A DNA stretch of 32,000 nucleotides from Cerasicoccus arenae (GTDB lineage: Bacteria > Verrucomicrobiota > Verrucomicrobiia > Opitutales > Cerasicoccaceae), in the NCBI RefSeq assembly GCF_014651635.1, contig NZ_BMXG01000008.1, positions 46,607-78,606 of the forward strand, given 5' to 3'. A program made the translations under genes and the position numbers. Within the stretch, counting starts at the first letter, position 1. Every line of letters begins with the position of its first letter. Of this stretch, positions 26,158 to 32,000 are shown one piece after another. Below the pieces are notes generated by a model that worked only from the letters and a program-made list of their open reading frames with translations, searched no databases and was not told the DNA's origin.

Positions 26158-27081
26158 TTGCAACCGGAGCAGGTCTCAGGCTTCGCTGAGGGGATGGATT
26201 TTTCGCGCGCAAAGTCGCAACTGCCGCTGGCTGCGTTTTTCTGGCTGATCTCAGCAAGCTTTTATGAGTTCTGGCAAGCTGGTTCGCCGGTGGAAAGCAC
26301 CCTGCTCCCCCCGTTGGCGATGGGCGAACGCGTGTTGCTGGCACCATACCTGATGCTAGAACAGCTTGGGTTTTGGCTATGGCCGATGGCACGCGAGCCG
26401 CTAACCTTTACCCTCGTGCCCAGCGCAATTCTCCGCGAAGGGCTGTTTTACTGGCTGATTCTAGTACTGGTGATCCGGTTCAGTTGGCGGCTCCGACGGA
26501 TTGAGCCGTGGATATTTTTCGGGATCGTTATTTCGCTCGTGGCGCTGATTCCTTTTAGCGGCGTTGTCCCGGGCTGGTTGCAGCCGTTTAGCTTCACGCC
26601 ACTGATTGGCTGCGGTGTAGGCATGTCGATGCTCTTTGCCACATTGATGATCAGGGGTGCTCAGTCTTGGGGCCAGCCCGCAGAAAAACAAAATGTTCGT
26701 TCTCAAATGCATCAGCACCTCTGGCGTTTGGTCGGCCTGCTGGTAGTCATCTGGACCGGTGCAATGACCTTGAACCTGATCAACGTGGCCGGACGGACTT
26801 GGGAAGCGCGCATTGCAGCGCAACACACCGAGCGGCCCGATGTATACGTTGCCGTAGAAATTGCGCGTCAGCTAGGCGTGGCCGGACAATCTGCCAAAGC
26901 TGAGGCTTTGATCCTACGTTGCGGTCAGGCTGCACCCTGGTATGCCGAAATTCCAGTGGTCAAAGCCGAGCTACTCCTAGCACAAGACGAGACCGCCGCC
27001 GCCCGCGTCCATCTGGAAAAAGCGATGGTGCTGAACCCCGGACATCAGCACGCTGCGGAATTGTTGAACGCCGTGCAGTAA
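26158..27081 (+). CDS. Polytopic membrane protein with C-terminal TPR-like region
   Basis: TTG start (alternative ATG at 26194). There are about 5 hydrophobic helices, then an Ala/Leu-rich helical repeat region (AKAEALILRCGQAAPWYAEIPVVKAELLLAQDETAAARVHLEKAMVLNPGH). It resembles only the C-terminal half of the GT-C/PMT-like TPR membrane proteins. Confidence 0.5.
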   Translation: MQPEQVSGFAEGMDFSRAKSQLPLAAFFWLISASFYEFWQAGSPVESTLLPPLAMGERVLLAPYLMLEQLGFWLWPMAREPLTFTLVPSAILREGLFYWLILVLVIRFSWRLRRIEPWIFFGIVISLVALIPFSGVVPGWLQPFSFTPLIGCGVGMSMLFATLMIRGAQSWGQPAEKQNVRSQMHQHLWRLVGLLVVIWTGAMTLNLINVAGRTWEARIAAQHTERPDVYVAVEIARQLGVAGQSAKAEALILRCGQAAPWYAEIPVVKAELLLAQDETAAARVHLEKAMVLNPGHQHAAELLNAVQ

Positions 27082-27192
27082 GTCTGTCGCCAAGATGAGC
27101 GCGATCACGAAAGCTTCCGGCCAAAATATTGATTTGCCGCAAACGAACTGGATAGCGAATATAGGAATCCTCATTCCAAACAGTCACATCAG

Positions 27193-27654
27193 ATGAAATA
27201 TCTAAGCTTACTCGCTTTACTCGCCTTTGCCGTACCGCTCTTCGCACAAGACGATAAGGACACTGAGGACAGTCTCGCCATGATACTGCCTGAAGGGCGT
27301 TATCTGCTGACCTACTCAGACGCCAAGCCTGACTTGGAGAATTGGACCACTTCACCATCGATAAATTACGTCGATGTTATCCACGGGCCTAATGGGATTA
27401 ATATAAATTTCTACAACCAAACAGTCCCTGTTCAGTATTATAAATCCAATTCGAGTAGCAGAGTTGTAAGCAGCAGCATCAGTTTTATCTCTTTGCCTAC
27501 GGGGGATAGCGTAGTTCCAGTTACTACGGTCTACTCAGGAAAGCCATTGGGAAACCATTCTGGCACTGTTTTGGGACGCGCATGGCGAATCATCGGAGGC
27601 CGACCAGCCACCGCCAGTGAATTGATTTTCCGACTGGAGAAAATTAAGGAATGA
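27193..27654 (+). CDS. Secreted hypothetical protein (153 aa)
   Basis: MKYLSLLALLAFAVPLFAQDD is a signal peptide. No recognisable motif. Confidence 0.55.
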   Translation: MKYLSLLALLAFAVPLFAQDDKDTEDSLAMILPEGRYLLTYSDAKPDLENWTTSPSINYVDVIHGPNGININFYNQTVPVQYYKSNSSSRVVSSSISFISLPTGDSVVPVTTVYSGKPLGNHSGTVLGRAWRIIGGRPATASELIFRLEKIKE

Positions 27655-27868
27655 ACATCTTAGGACCAAAGTTACTTTAATTTTTCTAATACAAGTATTG
27701 ACTTATATTAGATTCCTTAAATCATTCATTCTATAAGCTTCTGGCTGGGTTCATTCAGTAACCAAATCCGAATAACGCTTGCCACGGAGCGATTTCGGGC
27801 TTTCCTTCCCCCTTTGCTCACCACAGGGCTATTCTTTCTTTCAATCAGAACCAACAAAAACAGACATC

Positions 27869-28894
27869 ATGGCAGTAAAAGTAGGTATCAACGGCTTCGG
27901 CCGTATCGGACGCTTGGTATTCCGCGCACTGGCCGACAAGGGATTGCTCGGCACAGAATTTGAAGTCGTTGCAATCAACGACCTCGTCCCCGCGGACAAT
28001 CTGGCTTACCTCCTCAAGTACGACTCCATTCAGGGCCGTTTCAATGGCACCGTGGAAGCGCCCGACGCAGACACGCTCATCGTCAATGGTATGACGATCA
28101 AGAGCCTTTCCGTTCGCGAAGGCCCAGCCGCCCTCCCTTGGAAAGAACTTGGCGTAGACATCGTCATCGAATCGACCGGTTTGTTCGTTGAGGACAAGAA
28201 GGCCCAAGGCCACCTCGATGCAGGTGCCAAGAAGGTCATCATTTCCGCGCCTGGTAAGGGTGACGGCGTGAAGACTGTCGTTCTCGGTGTTAACTGCGAC
28301 ACGCTGACCGCCGCTGACAACATCATTTCCAACGCCAGTTGCACGACTAATTGCTTGGCTCCAATCACCAAGGTGATCTTGGACAACTTCGGCATCGTCG
28401 AAGGTCTGATGACCACTGTCCACAGCTACACCGCAACTCAGAAGACAGTTGACGGCCCAAGCATGAAGGACTGGAAGGGTGGCCGCAGCGCTGCAATCAA
28501 CATCATCCCATCGACTACTGGTGCTGCCAAGGCTGTTGGCCTCGTGCTTCCAGAAGTTAAGGGTAAGTTGACTGGTATGGCCTTCCGCGTTCCGACTCCA
28601 ACCGTATCGGTTGTCGACCTGACCGTGAAGACTGCCAAGAAGACCTCTTACGAGGAAATCTGCAAGAAGATGAAGGAAGCTTCCGAAGGCAGCCTCAAGG
28701 GCATCTTGGGCTACACCGAAGACGAAGTGGTCTCGAGCGACTTTATCCACTGCGATCTGTCGTCGATCTTCGACGCTGGCAGCGGCCTCGGTCTCTCGGA
28801 CGACTTCTTCAAGCTCGTCTCCTGGTATGACAACGAGTGGGGGTACTCCAACCGTTGCGTTGAACTCCTCCAGAAGGTCTCCGGCCTGCTTTAA
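27869..28894 (+). CDS. gap: Glyceraldehyde-3-phosphate dehydrogenase
   Basis: [15 protein letters not shown], active site [12 protein letters not shown], and WYDNEWGYS. The ATG is at 27869; the track extension to 27779 is non-homologous. Confidence 0.97.
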   Translation: MAVKVGINGFGRIGRLVFRALADKGLLGTEFEVVAINDLVPADNLAYLLKYDSIQGRFNGTVEAPDADTLIVNGMTIKSLSVREGPAALPWKELGVDIVIESTGLFVEDKKAQGHLDAGAKKVIISAPGKGDGVKTVVLGVNCDTLTAADNIISNASCTTNCLAPITKVILDNFGIVEGLMTTVHSYTATQKTVDGPSMKDWKGGRSAAINIIPSTTGAAKAVGLVLPEVKGKLTGMAFRVPTPTVSVVDLTVKTAKKTSYEEICKKMKEASEGSLKGILGYTEDEVVSSDFIHCDLSSIFDAGSGLGLSDDFFKLVSWYDNEWGYSNRCVELLQKVSGLL

Positions 28895-28918
28895 TTAAGC
28901 ATCCAGCAATTTCAAAAG

Positions 28919-28946
28919 CCGCTCCCATTTGGGGGGCGGTTTTTTT
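28919..28946 (+). terminator. Rho-independent terminator after gap, possibly bidirectional for hemB
   Basis: CCGCTCCC ATTT GGGGGCGG (8-bp stem with one G-U pair) followed by T7. On the opposite strand the same hairpin is preceded by A7 and followed by CTTTTG. Confidence 0.75.
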
Positions 28947-29003
28947 GTGCCCAAAGCATCAAACAGAAATCATTACATAGGACATTGTATCTCCATTTCA
29001 ATG

Positions 29004-29011
29004 CCCCCCCC
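29004..29011 (+). repeat. C8 homopolymer in the gap/hemB convergent intergenic region
   Basis: aatgCCCCCCCCgcatgg counted directly. It is flanked by the short inverted repeat ATGC/GCAT. Confidence 0.95.
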
Positions 29012-29049
29012 GCATGGTAGGCTTTCCCCTATTAACTTTGGCAACTACT

Positions 29050-30060
29050 CTATTTCCCGGCGGCGATTTCTTTAGCGAAGTATGTCAAAATCATATCCGC
29101 GCCAGCACGTTTGATACCGAGTAGGCTTTCGTCGCGGGTACGCTTATAATCAAGCCAGCCAAGCTGGGCAGCGGCATGAATCTGGGAATACTCACCAGAC
29201 ACCTGATAGGCGGCTACCGGTAGCGATGTGCGCTGACGGAGCTCACGAATAATGTCCAAATACGCCCCAGCAGGCTTAACCATGAGCACGTCTGCGCCCT
29301 CAGCTTCGTCTAGCTCGGTTTCGATGATGGCGGCGCGTCGATTGGCCGGATCGCATTGGTATGTCTGCTTACCAAGCAAATTCGTACCCGCCGCCTGCGC
29401 ACTGCCCACCGCGTCGCGAAACGGACCATAGTAGGCAGAATTAAACTTTGCCGAGTAGGCCATGATTGCGGTGTCGGTGAGGCCCGCCTCGTCGAGTGCC
29501 ACGCGAATTGCCCCAATCCGGCCATCCATCATGTCAGACGGGGCCACAAAGTCCGCACCTGCCTCAGCGTTGAGTTTTGCCATCTCACATAGGATCGCGA
29601 CCGTCTCGTCGTTAGCGACATCCTGCCCGTCAGCCGTTAACACACCGTCGTGACCGTGGTTGGTGTAGGGATCGAGCGCGACGTCGGTAATAATAGCCAG
29701 CTCTGGAACAGCAGCTTTGACCGACCTTACTGCACGCAGCACCAATGTGTCCGGATTCAACGCCCCCCCCCCCTCTGCGGTCTTCAGAGAGGAATCTAGT
29801 TTCGGGAAAATTGCCACGCCTGGTATGCCTAAATCTCGCAGCGCCAAGCACTCATCAATGAGCCCTTTGATCGTTAGCCGTGATTGGCCTGGCATTGAGG
29901 CAATAGGCTCGGGCTCGCCGTTCCCATCAATTACGAACAGGGGGTGGATCAAATTGCTGGGGCGCACTACAGTTTCCCGCACGAGGCGGCGGATGGCATC
30001 CGTCCGTCGAAGGCGACGCGGGCGATAGGTCAAATTGAGACGGGCTTCGGATTCGCTCAT
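29050..30060 (-). CDS. hemB: Porphobilinogen synthase (delta-aminolevulinate dehydratase), Asp-rich (Mg-type) metal site
   Basis: RPRRLRRTDAIRRLVRET, PLFV, DVALDPYTNHGHDG (Asp-rich rather than Cys-rich), SDMMDGRIGAIR, YSAKFNSAYYGPFRDA and VKPAGAYLDII. Confidence 0.95.
   Translation of the reverse strand: MSESEARLNLTYRPRRLRRTDAIRRLVRETVVRPSNLIHPLFVIDGNGEPEPIASMPGQSRLTIKGLIDECLALRDLGIPGVAIFPKLDSSLKTAEGGGALNPDTLVLRAVRSVKAAVPELAIITDVALDPYTNHGHDGVLTADGQDVANDETVAILCEMAKLNAEAGADFVAPSDMMDGRIGAIRVALDEAGLTDTAIMAYSAKFNSAYYGPFRDAVGSAQAAGTNLLGKQTYQCDPANRRAAIIETELDEAEGADVLMVKPAGAYLDIIRELRQRTSLPVAAYQVSGEYSQIHAAAQLGWLDYKRTRDESLLGIKRAGADMILTYFAKEIAAGK
29763..29773 (+). repeat. C11 homopolymer inside hemB (G11 on the coding strand, gaG GGG GGG GGG Gcg)
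   Basis: Counted directly; frame intact (encodes E-G-G-G-A). Confidence 0.95.
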
Positions 30061-30151
30061 ATTCGCGCATGCTAGGCACTCATGCAGGGGCGGCGAGTCA
30101 TTATTTATTGGGTTTTCTGATGTCAGGGTCGAAAAGTGCGCATTATGAATG

Positions 30152-31567
30152 CTACTCAGCTCGCCACACTTTGATGGACTGAATAGTCATATCACCAGAA
30201 CCGTCCTCGTATGGAGAATCGATCTTTGCCTTAACGGCGACATTCGTGAGTGGATACCAATTCTCGCCCTTGAAGGGATTGGCGTAACTCATCGTTTCAA
30301 CGTCATCGACAAACATGGTGATCCATTCTTCGTCCACCGTGACCGCAAATCGGTGGAACTCGCTGTCCAGCGTGTTCGGTAGACCAAAGACGCCCATAGA
30401 CATCCGCATGGCGGGGCGCGTAAATGTGCGCCTCAGATGCTCACCGCCATGAAGATTGGAGGATAGATCGGATGCAAATTTCCATTCCCCGTTGTAGCCA
30501 AAGCCTTCGTAAACATCAATCTCTGGCGGCCATCCACCAGTCGGCAAAAGCCATAATGCGGGCCAGGAACCAAAGCGGTTCGGCATTTTGACCACCCACT
30601 CGACGCTCCCATATTTGAATTGCGATTCCGGCGTGCGGTGTCCCGAGAGCATGACCGCAAGAAAGGGATACTCAACCGCTGGCGTGCCAACCTTAACTGG
30701 TTCCTCAAGACGCCTTGAGGAGAGAACCAAACCGTCCTCAGTGCGTTGGAAACCGCCATACTCGATTTCGCCGTAATAGCCAGTCTCTCCATTACCCACT
30801 TGCGTCCGGCCATGCGCCAGCGCAGTGGAAAAGCTGTTCGCACCTCCACGGTCGTCAAACTGCAAAGTCTCACCGGTCTCGGAATAGCAAAGCTCGCCCA
30901 AAGGCTTGAATTTTTCACCTTTGCGCCCTCCTTCGATCGGCTCATTGACGGCATCCACAGCAGCTGTAATGAGGATACCGCCGCCAGCGCGGTAGGCACC
31001 ATCAGGAACCGATGGTTGCACGGCGCGTACATTGTTGCCCTCGCTCATCTCTCGAACGTTAAAACTCACTGTTTTTGTCAGCGGGTCGCCCGGGTAAAAT
31101 ATAACGGATTTCGTTTTGTCAGGATTCGCGCGCCCCCCCTGACCATCGTACACTCGGACATAGGCGATAACAGTATTCGGGCTTTCCCGGTCAAGCGTCA
31201 CCGGCACATGCACTTCCTTGGCATTGACGGGCACTTCGAAACTCTTGATCTCAACCTTTGCTGCTGTCGGGTATTTTTTGCCATTCTGGTAAATATCTTC
31301 AGGCTCCTGAATCACACCGATATATTGATCGAGCTGACTACTGATACGTCCCACGGCGCGATTTGCCTCCGATACGTCTTGTTGAATCTCCGGCGTTGGT
31401 CCATTTTCGATAACACGACCAAGGGATTTTTCGGCAATTTCTGCATCATTGCGGAGCGCCTGTGCTTGCTCAAGCGTCATCTGCTGAGCGGCAAGATTCT
31501 GAGTGAGGCTTATAATCGAAAACAGTATGAGAACCGCGATCTGCTTGGTATGGGAATTTTTCTTCAT
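30152..31567 (-). CDS. Secreted protein with C-terminal glycoside hydrolase family 16-like domain
   Basis: Signal peptide MKKNSHTKQIAVLILFSIISLTQNLAAQQ. The C-terminal region FKYGSVEWVVKMPNRFGSWPALWLLPTGGWPPEIDVYEG contains the GH16 ExDxxE catalytic motif and the WPAxW block. The N-terminal ~300 aa are unassigned, with a possible Calx-beta-like segment VHVPVTLDRESPNTVIAYVRVYDG..TKTVSFNV. Confidence 0.7.
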   Translation of the reverse strand: MKKNSHTKQIAVLILFSIISLTQNLAAQQMTLEQAQALRNDAEIAEKSLGRVIENGPTPEIQQDVSEANRAVGRISSQLDQYIGVIQEPEDIYQNGKKYPTAAKVEIKSFEVPVNAKEVHVPVTLDRESPNTVIAYVRVYDGQGGRANPDKTKSVIFYPGDPLTKTVSFNVREMSEGNNVRAVQPSVPDGAYRAGGGILITAAVDAVNEPIEGGRKGEKFKPLGELCYSETGETLQFDDRGGANSFSTALAHGRTQVGNGETGYYGEIEYGGFQRTEDGLVLSSRRLEEPVKVGTPAVEYPFLAVMLSGHRTPESQFKYGSVEWVVKMPNRFGSWPALWLLPTGGWPPEIDVYEGFGYNGEWKFASDLSSNLHGGEHLRRTFTRPAMRMSMGVFGLPNTLDSEFHRFAVTVDEEWITMFVDDVETMSYANPFKGENWYPLTNVAVKAKIDSPYEDGSGDMTIQSIKVWRAE

Positions 31568-31757
31568 TTTGATTTTTTAGGGGGCAACGTGAACTTCACG
31601 CGTCTAAACCTTAACACATTTATCTTAAAGCGTTAGGTCTAGATCTGATCGCATCATTGGCAATTACAGACAAGTCGCCTCAGATGAGCAGCGTCACCGG
31701 CATTCCCTGATCTCGAAAGGCGCATTTATATTCCTCGGGGCAATGCACAATGGACCG

Positions 31758-31767
31758 CCCCCCCCCC
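31758..31767 (+). repeat. C10 homopolymer about 100 nt upstream of cysS
   Basis: gaccgCCCCCCCCCCatcgg counted directly. It is intergenic. Confidence 0.95.
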
Positions 31768-31868
31768 ATCGGTTGGCTACGACAGCGGTTTCGGCTCCAC
31801 CCCGAGAGAGCAAAGCTACTATTTCGGGATTGAATCAACGGGAGAATTCCATGTTTTAGACGCTTCAC

Positions 31869-32000
31869 ATGGCCATAGAACTACACGATACACTCACCCG
31901 CACCCGGAAAACGCTCGTCCCCTCGGACGGTCAGACCTACCGGTTTTATTGCTGCGGACCCACAGTCTATGGCCCGGCGCACATCGGAAACTTCCGTGCC
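31869..32000 (+). CDS. cysS: Cysteinyl-tRNA synthetase, 5' end (continues beyond window)
   Basis: MAIELHDTLTRTRKTLVPSDGQTYRFYCCGPTVYGPAHIGNFRA has the class-I HIGH motif (HIGN) in the CysRS-typical context CGPTVY..AHIGN.R. Confidence 0.85.
   Translation, partial: MAIELHDTLTRTRKTLVPSDGQTYRFYCCGPTVYGPAHIGNFRA

Noticed and set aside
26096-26392. 98-aa ORF on the - strand
   Set aside because: It is Arg/Pro/Ala-rich shadow sequence opposite the start of the membrane/TPR gene, with no support.
27845-28750. 301-aa ORF on the - strand
   Set aside because: It is antisense to gap, a typical long shadow frame of a highly biased gene.
30746-31636. 296-aa ORF on the + strand
   Set aside because: It is antisense to the GH16-like gene, has no motifs, and the opposite frame has a signal peptide and a catalytic motif.
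31680-31868. 62-aa ORF on the - strand upstream of cysS
   Set aside because: It is short, has no motif, reads through the C10 tract and abuts the cysS start. It is probably non-coding.
1-32000. CRISPR arrays, tRNA/rRNA/tmRNA/SRP/RNase P genes, IS elements, prophage or toxin-antitoxin modules
   Set aside because: I found no regularly spaced direct repeats, no T-loop/acceptor-like tRNA signatures in intergenic regions, and no transposase, integrase or phage motifs in any long ORF. This was a scan by eye only, so small elements could have been missed.

Overview
This is a gene-dense 32-kb chromosomal segment with about 33 CDS on both strands. I recognise no rRNA, tRNA, CRISPR array, transposase, integrase or phage gene. 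The gene content suggests a PVC-superphylum bacterium, probably a marine Verrucomicrobiota (Opitutae/Puniceicoccales-like). That is an inference from PEP-CTERM proteins, stacked prepilin-type pseudopilins, secreted GH13/GH31/GH16 enzymes and a nickel superoxide dismutase. The housekeeping backbone is a dapF-like gene, trxA, menA, ilvE, the carboxynorspermidine dehydrogenase/decarboxylase pair (alternative spermidine/norspermidine route), gap, hemB and the 5' end of cysS. The lineage-specific or accessory content has five parts: (1) two tandem equal-length PEP-CTERM paralogues followed by two tandem DUF5069-like paralogues and a secreted cyclophilin with an extra C-terminal domain (4.8-10.7 kb); (2) a stand-alone family-B DNA polymerase; (3) a five-gene pseudopilin operon with no T2SS/T4P machinery genes in the window; (4) a NiSOD with a Sec-type leader, a His-rich tail and no adjacent SodX; (5) bacterial GPP34/GOLPH3-like and DUF1499-like proteins. 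Two sequence-level oddities stand out. The DapF homologue has Ser codons at both positions where I align the catalytic Cys. There is also a strongly strand-asymmetric set of long poly-C tracts (C7-C11, always C on the + strand) in coding and non-coding DNA. I see no obvious defence island or mobile element. The candidates for something undescribed are the 4.8-9.3 kb duplicated surface-protein/DUF5069 block, the orphan pseudopilin operon and the poly-C phenomenon. All family assignments come from motifs read by eye and need HMM or structure confirmation.
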